A model generated the notes under the pieces. That model searched no databases, was not told the DNA's origin, and saw only the letters and a list, made by a program, of their open reading frames with translations. Positions 32,888-43,247 of a stretch of 64,000 nucleotides of DNA are shown here, one piece after another. Position 1 is the first letter of the stretch, and each line of letters opens with the position of its first letter. This stretch comes from Escherichia coli (lineage in GTDB: Bacteria; Pseudomonadota; Gammaproteobacteria; Enterobacterales; Enterobacteriaceae): the NCBI RefSeq assembly GCF_044647545.1, contig NZ_CP172818.1, one strand, 5' to 3'. Position numbers and translations under genes: made by a program.

Positions 32888-33733
32888 ATGACGCCCATTC
32901 TGAATCACTATTTTGCCCGTATTAACTGGTTGGGAGCTGCTGCGGCCAATATTGATACGCTGCGTGCATTGCACCTGAAACACAATTGCACCATTCCGTT
33001 TGAAAATCTCGACGTTTTGCTGCCGAGGGAAATACAGCTTGATGATCAATCGCTGGAAGAGAAACTGGTGATAGCCCGTCGTGGCGGTTACTGTTTTGAG
33101 CAGAATGGCGTGTTTGAGCGTGTGTTACGCGAGCTGGGGTTTAACGTTCGCAGCTTGTTAGGGCGCGTAGTGTTATCAAATCCGCCAGCATTACCGCCGC
33201 GCACCCATCGTTTGCTGTTGGTGGAACTGGAAGGGGAAAAATGGATTGCTGATGTCGGTTTCGGTGGGCAGACGCTAACCGCGCCGATTCGTTTAATGCC
33301 GGATATCATGCAAACCACGCCACACGGAGAGTATCGGTTGTTGCAAGAGGGTGATGATTGGGTGTTGCAGTTTAATCATCATCAGCACTGGCAGTCGATG
33401 TACCGTTTTGATCTCTGCGAGCAGCAACAAAGCGATTATGTGATGGGCAATTTCTGGTCGGCGCATTGGCCGCAGTCGCATTTTCGCCATCATTTGCTGA
33501 TGTGTCGCCATTTGCCGGACGGTGGCAAGCTGACACTGACCAATTTTCATTTTACCCATTATGAAAATGGGCACGCAGTTAAGCAGCGAAATCTACCAGA
33601 TGTGGCGTCGTTATATGCCGTGATGCAGGAACAGTTTGGTCTGGGCGTAGATGATGCGAAACATGGCTTTACTGTGGATGAGTTAGCGCTGGTGATGGCG
33701 GCGTTTGATACGCACCCGGAGGCGGGAAAATAA
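32888..33733 (+). CDS. nhoA: Arylamine N-acetyltransferase / N-hydroxyarylamine O-acetyltransferase NhoA
   Basis: 281 aa; catalytic Cys context RRGGYCFEQN. Confidence 0.93.
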   Translation: MTPILNHYFARINWLGAAAANIDTLRALHLKHNCTIPFENLDVLLPREIQLDDQSLEEKLVIARRGGYCFEQNGVFERVLRELGFNVRSLLGRVVLSNPPALPPRTHRLLLVELEGEKWIADVGFGGQTLTAPIRLMPDIMQTTPHGEYRLLQEGDDWVLQFNHHQHWQSMYRFDLCEQQQSDYVMGNFWSAHWPQSHFRHHLLMCRHLPDGGKLTLTNFHFTHYENGHAVKQRNLPDVASLYAVMQEQFGLGVDDAKHGFTVDELALVMAAFDTHPEAGK

Positions 33734-33744
33734 TTTATGTCAGG

Positions 33745-33825
33745 TTGCCGGATGTGGCGTAAATGCCTAATCCGGCATACATTAGTCCGGTTGTAGGCCT
33801 GATAAGCGAAGCGCATCAGGCAACG
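33745..33825. repeat. REP/BIME cluster between nhoA and yddE
   Basis: tgccggatgtggcgtaaatgcctaatccggc ... gtaggcctgataagcgaagcgcatcaggca, a classic REP palindrome pair. Confidence 0.75.
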
Positions 33826-33828
33826 GTT

Positions 33829-34722
33829 TCAGAGTTCAATTGCCCATTCGGCATGAAACAAAATCACCGCCGTGCCAGAAATGGTGACTTTCTCCGGTTG
33901 GTTATCACGAATTGTCACCGTCACTTCAATCACGCCTTCACGCCCTAATGCGCGCCCCTGATGGCCTTTAACACGCAACACGTTGCCATCGTGTGGCAAT
34001 ACGTTGTGATGTACTAACCATGCACCCATCGGGCCATTGGCATTGCCAGTCACCGGATCTTCCACAATACCAATCGCAGGCGAGAACATGCGACCATCGG
34101 TTTCGTTTTTGCCTGGGCGGATCTGGAACGGGAAGAAACCATTGCAGCCAATCTGTTTGCTGATTGTGGTCAGCGCAGCAAGGTCAGGCGAAAGGGCGTC
34201 GATATCCACTTCCGGCTTCAGTGGAATCATCACTTTTGAGTGTCCTGTGGTAGCCACCTGGATTGGCAAGCCTTGCAAAATATCGTCTTCAGTGAGATGA
34301 AGCGCGTTGATAATCGCTGCACGTGTTTCACCTTTCAGCGGTGGCTCAAAGCCTGGAGTACCTTGTTCCAGCGAAATACGATAATCATCATTTTGCTTTT
34401 CGATAGTCACACGATGTTTTCCTGCCAGCGACGTTTGCCAGACGGTGCAATTTCCTAAACCTAACACCTTTGCACGTACATAGTGCGCAGCTACTGTCGC
34501 GTGACCACAAATCGGAACTTCAACCGTTGGCGTAAAGTAGCGGATGCGCACATCGCTGTCGTCGCTGTGCAGCAGAAAAGCAGTTTCCGAATGACCTAAC
34601 TCGCGGGCGATAAGCTGCATTTGCGCTTCGCTAAGATTATCGGCGGGGAAAACAACACCGGCAGAATTGCCGCGAAACGGTTGAGAGGTAAAAGCATCGA
34701 CGTGGTAAACCTGCGGTTTCAT
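33829..34722 (-). CDS. yddE: PhzF-family isomerase-like protein YddE
   Basis: 297-aa ORF. Confidence 0.9.
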   Translation of the reverse strand: MKPQVYHVDAFTSQPFRGNSAGVVFPADNLSEAQMQLIARELGHSETAFLLHSDDSDVRIRYFTPTVEVPICGHATVAAHYVRAKVLGLGNCTVWQTSLAGKHRVTIEKQNDDYRISLEQGTPGFEPPLKGETRAAIINALHLTEDDILQGLPIQVATTGHSKVMIPLKPEVDIDALSPDLAALTTISKQIGCNGFFPFQIRPGKNETDGRMFSPAIGIVEDPVTGNANGPMGAWLVHHNVLPHDGNVLRVKGHQGRALGREGVIEVTVTIRDNQPEKVTISGTAVILFHAEWAIEL

Positions 34723-34801
34723 TAATGTTCTCCTGTGGCTGGAGAACTATCATAGCCTGCAAGTGGCCGGAGAGCGAAGAGCTATCCGGCCCGCGAGAGA
34801 A

Positions 34802-35482
34802 TTAACGCCGCGAACGCACAATCTGATACCGACGAGTAAAGTACTCAAACGGCGCGCTCCAGACATGCACCAGTCGGGTGAACGGGAAGAGCAGAAAGAT
34901 GGTCATTCCAAGCACCAGATGAACGCGGAATATAAAGGCGACACCATCAAGATGCGTAGATGCACCGCCCTGGAAAGTGACAATGCTTTGCGCCCAGCCC
35001 ACCAGCTTCATCATTTCACTGCCGTCCGGATGTTGTGCTGAAAAAGGAATGGTGGTTAACCCAAGAATGCACTGAATTAACAAAATAGCGAGGATCAGGA
35101 TATCCGCACCAGAAGACGTCGCCCTGATACGCGGATTTGTTAAACGACGCACCAGTAGCCCCGCACCGCCAATCAGCGTCAATACCCCGCATATTCCGCC
35201 GAGGATCATCGCCATTAGTTGTTTCGCTGCCACTGGCAAAAACCACGCGTACATCCAGTGCGGCGTTAACATGCCGAACAGGTGCCCGAAGAAAATCCCC
35301 AAAATGCCGATATGGAACAGATTCGACCACAGCACCATACCACGTTTATCCAGCATCTGGCTGGAGGCGGCGCGCCAGGTATACTGCCCGTAATCGTAGC
35401 GCAGCCAGCTTCCAAGGATAAAAACCGTGCCACACAAGTACGGGTAGATATCGTAAAAAAAGACGTTCAGATACTGAATCAT
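34802..35482 (-). CDS. narV: Nitrate reductase Z gamma subunit (cytochrome b) NarV
   Basis: 226-aa hydrophobic ORF; last gene of narZYWV. Confidence 0.92.
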   Translation of the reverse strand: MIQYLNVFFYDIYPYLCGTVFILGSWLRYDYGQYTWRAASSQMLDKRGMVLWSNLFHIGILGIFFGHLFGMLTPHWMYAWFLPVAAKQLMAMILGGICGVLTLIGGAGLLVRRLTNPRIRATSSGADILILAILLIQCILGLTTIPFSAQHPDGSEMMKLVGWAQSIVTFQGGASTHLDGVAFIFRVHLVLGMTIFLLFPFTRLVHVWSAPFEYFTRRYQIVRSRR

Positions 35483-36174
35483 TTCCCACCTCCCGCACTG
35501 ATGTCGACATACTGCGGCGCGACATCCTGGCTAAAGCGTCGCTGATATTGATTAAGCGGCGAGCTGTCACACGCCGTGGCGTTATCTTCAATAAACTTCA
35601 CCTGTTCTTCTTCCCACACCGCATCCAGCGCCTGGCGGGTGTCGTCACGCTCTTCACTGCGAATCTGTTTTGTGACGCTGTCACTTGACAGAGGGCTTCC
35701 TGCCAGTTGCAACAGGGTGTCAAATAACGCGTACCACGGTGCCTCGCGTTGTTTTAAGCGTCCGCCAAGCAGGGCGAGGATCGGCGCAACGTTGAGCAAG
35801 CCTTCTTTCGCCTGATCGTCCGGCAGTACGCTTAAGTACTCCAGATACAGCGGCAGATAATCGGGCAGTTCTCGACAATCCAACTGCAGACCGACCTTTT
35901 CATACTCCGCCAGCAGGTCCACCATTGCCTGGCCGCGATCGCGGGACTCGGCATGAACATGTTCGAACAGCAGCAGCGATGTGGTACGTCCACGGTCAAA
36001 CACTTCGCACCATTCGGCCTGTTTATCCAGCAGCGGCGCGTTAAGCAGGTTGCGGGTAAAATCCGTAAGCATCGGTGCGTCGCGGCGGATCAACGCCAGC
36101 GCGTCCTCCTTACATTCCCACAACAGCTCGTCCGGATACTCCATCAACAGGCCGATCACTTTGAGGATCTGCAT
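35479..36174 (-). CDS. narW: Nitrate reductase Z assembly chaperone NarW
   Basis: 231-aa ORF overlapping narV by 4 nt. Confidence 0.92.
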   Translation of the reverse strand: MQILKVIGLLMEYPDELLWECKEDALALIRRDAPMLTDFTRNLLNAPLLDKQAEWCEVFDRGRTTSLLLFEHVHAESRDRGQAMVDLLAEYEKVGLQLDCRELPDYLPLYLEYLSVLPDDQAKEGLLNVAPILALLGGRLKQREAPWYALFDTLLQLAGSPLSSDSVTKQIRSEERDDTRQALDAVWEEEQVKFIEDNATACDSSPLNQYQRRFSQDVAPQYVDISAGGGK

Positions 36175-37718
36175 TATTCGCCCTCCGCTTTGTCGCGCAC
36201 TTCGGTGATGTTGATGGCATCGATACGGCTACTGTTGAACAGGTTGAATTTGCTGTCCGAGCCGTGGCAACCGTCGCCAAAGGTAAAACCGCAGCCGTTG
36301 CGTTCTGCGAAGGCATCGCCCGCCATTTCCCGATGGCTTGTCGGGATGACAAAACGGTCTTCATAGTTGGCAATGGCGAGGTAACGATACATCTCTTCGA
36401 CCTGGGCGACGCTCAGACCTACTTCGTCGATGGCACGAGTATCAGTAACGCCTTCCACGGTTTGTGAACGCATATAGTGGCGCATCGCCATCATCCGTTT
36501 CAGCGCCCGCAGTACCGGACCGGTATCACCGGCACTCAACATATTGGCGAGATATTGCACCGGAATACGCAGGCTTTCGATGGCGGGCAGCACGCCTTCG
36601 CTTTTCGGCAAACCTCCCGCATCAGCGTAGGACTGAATCGGTGACAGCGGCGGAACGTACCAGACCATCGGCAGAGTGCGGTATTCAGGGTGCAGCGGTA
36701 GCGCCAGTTTCCAGTCCATTGCCATTTTGTAGACTGGCGAACGCTGGGCAGCGTCAATCACGTTTTGTGGAATACCTTGTTTCAGGGCTTCCTCGATCAC
36801 CGAGGGATCGTGCGGATCGAGGAACACTTCGCACTGGCGTTCATAGAGGTCAACTTCGCGCTCGGTGCTCGCCGCTTCCTCGATGCGGTCGGCGTCGTAA
36901 AGCAGCACGCCCAGATATCGGATGCGACCCACGCAGGTTTCTGAGCACACGGTGGGTTGGCCTGACTCAATTCGTGGGTAACAGAAGATGCATTTTTCTG
37001 ACTTGCCGCTTTTCCAGTTGAAGTAGATTTTTTTGTACGGACAACCGCTAATGCACAAACGCCAGCCACGGCATTTATCCTGATCAATCAGCACAATGCC
37101 GTCTTCTTCACGTTTGTAGATAGCACCGCTTGGGCAGGTCGCCACGCAGCTGGGATTGAGGCAGTGTTCGCACAGGCGCGGCAGGTACATCATGAACGTG
37201 TTTTCAAACTGCCCGTACATCTCCTTTTGCATGGCCTCGAAGTTGCGGTCGCGGGCGCGTTTTTCAAATTCGCCGCCCAACAATTCTTCCCAGTTTGGCC
37301 CCCAGATCACTTTGTCCATCCGTTTGCCGTCAATCAGTGAACGCGGGCGCGCAGTAGGAATATGTTTACCTTCTGGCGCGCTATGCAAATGTTCGTAGTC
37401 GAAGGTGAAAGGTTCGTAGTAATCATCAATCTGCGGCACCACCGGGTTGGCGAAGATTTTGGTAATCACGCCCATCTTGCTGCCCAGACGCGGGCGGATC
37501 TTGCCATTCACATCACGCACCCAGCCGCCTTGCCACTCTTCCTGATCTTCCCAGTTTTTCGGATAACCAATGCCCGGTTTGGTTTCGACGTTGTTAAACC
37601 ATGCGTACTCCATGCCTTCGCGTCTGGTCCAGACGTTTTTACAGGTCACCGAACAGGTATGGCAGCCGATACATTTATCGAGGTTAAGCACCATGCCGAC
37701 TTGCGAACGTATTTTCAT
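36174..37718 (-). CDS. narY: Nitrate reductase Z beta (Fe-S) subunit NarY
   Basis: 514 aa; ferredoxin-type Cys clusters CIGCHTCSVTC and CEHCLNPSCVATCPSGA. Confidence 0.95.
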   Translation of the reverse strand: MKIRSQVGMVLNLDKCIGCHTCSVTCKNVWTRREGMEYAWFNNVETKPGIGYPKNWEDQEEWQGGWVRDVNGKIRPRLGSKMGVITKIFANPVVPQIDDYYEPFTFDYEHLHSAPEGKHIPTARPRSLIDGKRMDKVIWGPNWEELLGGEFEKRARDRNFEAMQKEMYGQFENTFMMYLPRLCEHCLNPSCVATCPSGAIYKREEDGIVLIDQDKCRGWRLCISGCPYKKIYFNWKSGKSEKCIFCYPRIESGQPTVCSETCVGRIRYLGVLLYDADRIEEAASTEREVDLYERQCEVFLDPHDPSVIEEALKQGIPQNVIDAAQRSPVYKMAMDWKLALPLHPEYRTLPMVWYVPPLSPIQSYADAGGLPKSEGVLPAIESLRIPVQYLANMLSAGDTGPVLRALKRMMAMRHYMRSQTVEGVTDTRAIDEVGLSVAQVEEMYRYLAIANYEDRFVIPTSHREMAGDAFAERNGCGFTFGDGCHGSDSKFNLFNSSRIDAINITEVRDKAEGE

Positions 37719-40700
37719 TTTTTCGCCTCCTGAACCTGATCGCGACCTTCATCATCCAGCCAGTTAACGTTCTTCATCTTGCGGATCATGATGAATTCGT
37801 CGCGGTTCGAGCCGACGGTGCCGTAGTAGTTAAAGCCCCAGGCCAGCTGCGCGTAACCGCCAATCATATGCGTTGGTTTCGGACAAACGCGGGTGACCGA
37901 GTTATGAATGCCGCCGCGCATGCCAGTTACTTCCGAACCAGGAATATTCATAATGCGTTCCTGGGCGTGATACATCATGGTCATGCCCGGCGGTACACGT
38001 TGGCTGACCACCGCGCGGGCCGTCAGCGCGCCGTTGGCGTTAAACACTTCCACCCAGTCGTTATCGACAATGGTCAGTTCACGGGCATCGGTTTCGCTGA
38101 TCCAGACAATTGGTCCACCGCGAGAGAGCGTCAGCATTAGCAGGTTTTCACTGTAGGTTGAGTGAATGCCCCATTTCTGGTGCGGCGTCAGGAAGTTAAG
38201 TGCTTTTTCCGGGAAGCCGTTTGGCGGTATCTGGCGCATTTCACTGACGCTACGGGTGTCGATAGGCGGGCGATAAGCCACCAGGCTTTCACCAAAAGCA
38301 CGCATCCACGGATGATCCTGATAGAGCTGCTGGCGTCCCGACAGCGTGCGCCACGGAATTAACTCATGAACGTTGGTGTATCCCGCGTTATAGGAAACGT
38401 GATCGCTTTCCAGACCGGACCATGTGGGGCTGGAGATAATTTTACGTGGCTGCGCCTGAATATCGCGAAAGCGAATCTTCTCGTCCTCTTTGTGCAGCGC
38501 CAGATGGGTATGTTCGCGTCCGGTGATCTCGCCCAGCGCCTGCCACGCTTTGACTGCAACATGACCGTTGGTTTCCGGTGCCAGCGCCAGAATCACTTCT
38601 GATGCGTCAATGGCGGTGTCAATCAGCGGACGCCCCTGTGCCGGGCCTTCACGCTTGGTGTAGTTGAGTTTGCCGAGGAAATCGATTTCATCCTGGGTAT
38701 TCCACGAAATCCCTTTACCGCCGTTGCCAAGTTTGTCCATCAATGGCCCGAGCGAGGTAAAGCGTTCATAGGTAGCAGGGTAGTCGCGTTCCACCGCCAC
38801 AATATTGGGCGCGGTTTTACCCGGGATCAGATCGCATTCGCCTTTGCGCCAGTCGAGCACTTCACACGGCTGGGAGAGTTCTGCCGGAGAGTCATGTAGC
38901 AGTGGTTGTAATACCACGTCGGTTTCTTTGCCAAGATGACCCACGCACAGTTGCGAAAATGCTTTGGCGATACCTTTGTAGATTTCCCAGTCGCTGCGTG
39001 ATTCCCACGCCGGATCGACCGCCGCAGAAAGCGGATGAATAAACGGATGCATATCCGAGGTGTTCATATCGTCTTTTTCGTACCAGGTGGCGGTGGGCAG
39101 AACGATATCGGAGAACAGGCAGGTACTGGACATACGGAAGTCGAGCGTCACCAGCAGGTCGAGCTTGCCTTCAATCGCCGCAGTTTGCCACTCGACTTCT
39201 TCCGGTTTGATCCCGTCGCTGGCACCGAGTTCCTCGCCCTGAATCCCGCTTTCGGTCCCCAGCAGATACTTCTGCATATACTCGTGGCCTTTGCCGGAGG
39301 AACCAAGCAGGTTAGAACGCCAGACAAACAAATTACGCGGATGATTGCTGCCGCTATCGGGTTGTTCGCAGGCCATACGTAAATCGCCCGATTTCAGCGC
39401 CTGGGCGGTGAATTCTGTGGGAGATAATCCGGCCTTGTCGGCTTCAGCTTTAATCCCGAGCGGATTACGCCCCAACTGCGGCGCAGAAGGTAGCCAGCCC
39501 ATACGTTCGGCGCGAACGTTGAAATCAATCAGATGACCGCTGTACTTACTGGCATCGGCCAGCGGTGAAAGTAACTCCTGAGCAGAGACTTTTTCATAGC
39601 GCCATTGGCTGGAATGATTGTAGAAAAACGAGGTGCTGTTCATCTGGCGCGGTGGTCGGTTCCAGTCGAGCGCAAAGGCCAGTGGCAACCAGCCGGTTTG
39701 CGGGCGCAGTTTTTCCTGACCGACATAGTGTGCCCAGCCGCCACCGCTTTGCCCGACACAACCGCAGAAGATCAGCATGTTGATCATCCCACGGTAATTC
39801 ATGTCCATGTGGTACCAGTGGTTAACACCTGCGCCGAGGATAATCATCGAGCGCCCATGCGTTTTATGGGCAGTATCGGCAAATTCACGAGCGATGGTTT
39901 CAATATACTGGCGCGGCACACCGGTAATTTGCTCACCCCAGGCTGGGGTGTACGGTTTGATTTCAGCGTAATCTTTCGCGCTGTTTTCATCTTCCAGCCC
40001 GCGATCGAGGCCATAATTCGCCAGTACCAAATCATAAACGCTGACCACCGGACAGGTGTTGCCATCGGCTAATGTCAGGTTTTTAACGGGCAATTGGCGC
40101 ACCAGGACCGGATTGTGTTTTACGCTACGAAAATGCGGATTTTCAATGCCGCCAAAGTAGGGGAAGGCCACGCCTGCAACGGCATCATGTTGACCGAGCA
40201 GAGTTAACGACAATTCGGTTTCCGTACCGGCGGCAATGGATTCCAGATTCCATTTGCCTTTTTCTCCCCAGCGAAAACCAATCGAACCGTTCGGCACCAC
40301 CAGTTCACCTGCGGTATTAACCGCCACGGTTTTCCACTGCGGATTATTGCTTTCGCCCAGTCCATCCACCAGGTCAGATGCGCGGACCATGCGCCCGGGA
40401 ACGTAGCTGCCGTCGTCGCGAGGTTCCAGCATTACCAGCATCGGCATGTCGCTGTAGCGGCGGCAGTAGTTGATAAAATAATCGCTGGGATTATCGAGAT
40501 GAAACTCTTTTAAAATGACATGGCCCATTGCCATTGCCAGGGCACTATCAGTGCCTTGTTTTGGTGCCAGCCACTGGTCGCACAATTTGGCCACTTCAGA
40601 GTAGTCAGGGGTAATGGCGATGGTTTTAGTGCCTTTGTAGCGTACTTCGGTAAAGAAATGGGCGTCCGGCGTACGTGTCTGCGGTACGTTAGACCCCCAG

Positions 40701-41455
40701 GCGATGATGTAACTGGAGTTATACCAGTCGGCAGATTCCGGCACGTCGGTTTGTTCGCCCCAGGTCATCGGCGAGGCGGGCGGCAGGTCGCAATACCAGT
40801 CGTAGAAGCTTAAACAGGTGCCACCTAACAGCGACAGATAACGTGTTCCGGCGGCGTAAGAAACCATCGACATCGCCGGGATCGGCGAGAAACCGGCAAC
40901 GCGATCCGGGCCGTAAGTTTTGATGGTCCAGACGTTAGCAGCGGCAATCAGCTGGTTTAGCTCCTGCCAGTTGGAGCGGATAAAGCCGCCGCGTCCACGT
41001 ACTTGTTTGTAGCTCAGGCACTTTTGCGGATCGTTCATAATCGATGCCCACGCCAGTACCGGATCGCTGTGTTGCTTGAGGGCTTCGCGCCACAGTTCAA
41101 TCAGTCGTTTACGAATGAGCGGGTATTTCAGACGGTTAGCGCTGTAGAGATACCAGGAGTAACTTGCGCCACGCGGGCAGCCGCGAGGTTCATGATTGGG
41201 CAGGTCAGGGCGAGTGCGCGGGTAGTCGGTCTGTTGGATTTCCCAGGTCACCAGACCATTTTTAACGTAGATTTTCCAGCTACAGGAGCCTGTACAGTTA
41301 ACACCGTGGGTGGAACGCACGATTTTGTCGAACTGCCAACGCTGGCGATAGCTGTCCTCCCAGTCGCGGTTGCTATGCATCACCTGTCCGTGACCATCGG
41401 CAAAGGTTTCGCCCTTTTGTTTGAAGTAGCGAAAGCGATCCAAAAGTTTACTCAT
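37715..41455 (-). CDS. narZ: Nitrate reductase Z alpha (molybdopterin) subunit NarZ
   Basis: Track ORF 37715..41578; internal start MSKLLDRFRYFKQKGETF (GGAG RBS) gives 1246 aa. Confidence 0.95.
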   Translation of the reverse strand: MSKLLDRFRYFKQKGETFADGHGQVMHSNRDWEDSYRQRWQFDKIVRSTHGVNCTGSCSWKIYVKNGLVTWEIQQTDYPRTRPDLPNHEPRGCPRGASYSWYLYSANRLKYPLIRKRLIELWREALKQHSDPVLAWASIMNDPQKCLSYKQVRGRGGFIRSNWQELNQLIAAANVWTIKTYGPDRVAGFSPIPAMSMVSYAAGTRYLSLLGGTCLSFYDWYCDLPPASPMTWGEQTDVPESADWYNSSYIIAWGSNVPQTRTPDAHFFTEVRYKGTKTIAITPDYSEVAKLCDQWLAPKQGTDSALAMAMGHVILKEFHLDNPSDYFINYCRRYSDMPMLVMLEPRDDGSYVPGRMVRASDLVDGLGESNNPQWKTVAVNTAGELVVPNGSIGFRWGEKGKWNLESIAAGTETELSLTLLGQHDAVAGVAFPYFGGIENPHFRSVKHNPVLVRQLPVKNLTLADGNTCPVVSVYDLVLANYGLDRGLEDENSAKDYAEIKPYTPAWGEQITGVPRQYIETIAREFADTAHKTHGRSMIILGAGVNHWYHMDMNYRGMINMLIFCGCVGQSGGGWAHYVGQEKLRPQTGWLPLAFALDWNRPPRQMNSTSFFYNHSSQWRYEKVSAQELLSPLADASKYSGHLIDFNVRAERMGWLPSAPQLGRNPLGIKAEADKAGLSPTEFTAQALKSGDLRMACEQPDSGSNHPRNLFVWRSNLLGSSGKGHEYMQKYLLGTESGIQGEELGASDGIKPEEVEWQTAAIEGKLDLLVTLDFRMSSTCLFSDIVLPTATWYEKDDMNTSDMHPFIHPLSAAVDPAWESRSDWEIYKGIAKAFSQLCVGHLGKETDVVLQPLLHDSPAELSQPCEVLDWRKGECDLIPGKTAPNIVAVERDYPATYERFTSLGPLMDKLGNGGKGISWNTQDEIDFLGKLNYTKREGPAQGRPLIDTAIDASEVILALAPETNGHVAVKAWQALGEITGREHTHLALHKEDEKIRFRDIQAQPRKIISSPTWSGLESDHVSYNAGYTNVHELIPWRTLSGRQQLYQDHPWMRAFGESLVAYRPPIDTRSVSEMRQIPPNGFPEKALNFLTPHQKWGIHSTYSENLLMLTLSRGGPIVWISETDARELTIVDNDWVEVFNANGALTARAVVSQRVPPGMTMMYHAQERIMNIPGSEVTGMRGGIHNSVTRVCPKPTHMIGGYAQLAWGFNYYGTVGSNRDEFIMIRKMKNVNWLDDEGRDQVQEAKK

Positions 41456-41489
41456 GACATAACTCCTGCTCCAGGAATGAATTGGGATC

Positions 41490-41545
41490 TGATGCCTTGT
41501 CGGACGCGACACGGTTGTAGCCTGATAAGACGTGTCAGGCATCGA
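41490..41545. repeat. REP-like element between narU and narZ
   Basis: Reverse strand reads gcctgacacgtcttatcaggctac, matching the REP core. Confidence 0.55.
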
Positions 41546-41549
41546 TCTC

Positions 41550-42938
41550 TTATTTTTGGCTGAACTTCCGCCGACCATAAACCAGCCAGGTCAGTAGCAC
41601 GCAAACGATGTAGAAGATTAAAAACACTTTCATCGCGCCCACCGGAGAGCCGGTCATATTGAGCGACATGCCAAACGCCTGCGGAATAAAAAAGCCGCCC
41701 ACTGCGCCAATGGCTGAGATAAAGCCCAGAGCGGCTGCCGTTTCGGTGACGGCTTCTCTTTGAGCTTGCTCATCACTACCGCCTTTCATCTTCACCCGAT
41801 AAATGGTTATCTGGCGAAAGATGACGGCGATCATCTGGAAAGTAGAACCACTTCCCAGACCCGCGGTCAGAAACAGCCCCATAAATACGGCGTAAAATGC
41901 GATGAAATTACCGGAGCCTGTGCCCGGTAAGGTAAGGAACAGCAGGGCGCTGAAAATCGCCATAAAAATGAAGTTGATCAACGTCACCCGCACGCCGCCG
42001 AATTTATCGGAAATAGCACCACCAACCGATCGCGCGATGGCACCGATAAATGGGCCAAAGAACGCCAGGCGCAGAATATTCACATCCGGGAACTGGGTTT
42101 TTGCCAGCATGGCAAAACCCGCAGAAAAACCGATAAACGAACCGAAGGTGGCAAGATAAAGCAGGCTCAGTAGCCAGAGATGCAGGCGTTGTAAGACAGG
42201 GAGCTGGTCGGCAATTGAGGCGCGTGAACTGGCGATATCATTCATCCCTGACCAGGCGGCGATCGTGGCAATCGCCAGTAATGGCACCCAAATCCATGCG
42301 GCATTCGCCAGCGACATCACCGAACCGTCGGCCTGCGGTACGCCATTGACGCCGAGAAAGGCAAATACGGGTACAAAAATGACCAGCGGTGCAACCAGCT
42401 GCATCACACTTACACCTAAGTTTCCTAATCCGCCATTAATCCCAAGTGCGCTCCCTTGTTTGGCTTTTGGGAAGAAGAAACTGATATTGCCCATGCTCGA
42501 AGCAAAGTTCGCACCTGCAAAACCGCATAGCAAAGCGATAACGATAAATATCCCAAAAGGAGTATTCGGATTCTGCACGGCAATTCCGAGCCAGACGCAA
42601 GGAATAATCAGGATTGCAGTACTAAAAACCGTCCATCGGCGTCCACCGAATATAGGCACCATAAAGGAGTAGGGGACACGCAATAATGCGCCAGAAACGG
42701 AGGGTAATGCGGTTAATAAAAAGAGTTGATCGGTAGTGAAATTAAAACCGATTTTATTGAGATTAACAGTAACTGCGCTAAATAGCATCCAGACACAGAA
42801 GGCAAGAAGTAGACAACTGACTGATATCCAGAGGTTTCTTCGTGCAATATGCTTTCCTTTATTTTCCCAGAAGGCCGGATTTTCTGGTTTCCAGTCGCGT
42901 AAAAGATAACGACTATTTTTCTCATTTTGCAGTGCCAT
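41550..42938 (-). CDS. narU: Nitrate/nitrite transporter NarU (MFS)
   Basis: Track ORF 41550..42980; internal start MALQNEKNSRYLL (GAGGAA RBS) gives 462 aa. Confidence 0.93.
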   Translation of the reverse strand: MALQNEKNSRYLLRDWKPENPAFWENKGKHIARRNLWISVSCLLLAFCVWMLFSAVTVNLNKIGFNFTTDQLFLLTALPSVSGALLRVPYSFMVPIFGGRRWTVFSTAILIIPCVWLGIAVQNPNTPFGIFIVIALLCGFAGANFASSMGNISFFFPKAKQGSALGINGGLGNLGVSVMQLVAPLVIFVPVFAFLGVNGVPQADGSVMSLANAAWIWVPLLAIATIAAWSGMNDIASSRASIADQLPVLQRLHLWLLSLLYLATFGSFIGFSAGFAMLAKTQFPDVNILRLAFFGPFIGAIARSVGGAISDKFGGVRVTLINFIFMAIFSALLFLTLPGTGSGNFIAFYAVFMGLFLTAGLGSGSTFQMIAVIFRQITIYRVKMKGGSDEQAQREAVTETAAALGFISAIGAVGGFFIPQAFGMSLNMTGSPVGAMKVFLIFYIVCVLLTWLVYGRRKFSQK

Positions 42939-43247
42939 ATTGTTCCTCACATGCACACATTGGTAATGAAAAAAAGACAAAACAGGAGGTAAGGCGCAAT
43001 AGCCAGTTATTAGAATTAAGGATGAATCAGGTGAAGTGCTGATTAGAAGAATAGATAAGAAAGCGTAACTGCGGAGGCAGAATGTGGATTAAACAGACAG
43101 ATATGTGTTACTAAATGTAACCATCAAACGGGGGTTAATCTTTGAACGTATGTCATGTTTCAACCCTTCAGATCGTGAATCTAAAGGGTTGCATATTAAC
43201 TATATTCTCAACAAGACCAGACAATTATAGAATTAGTGATGATTTAT

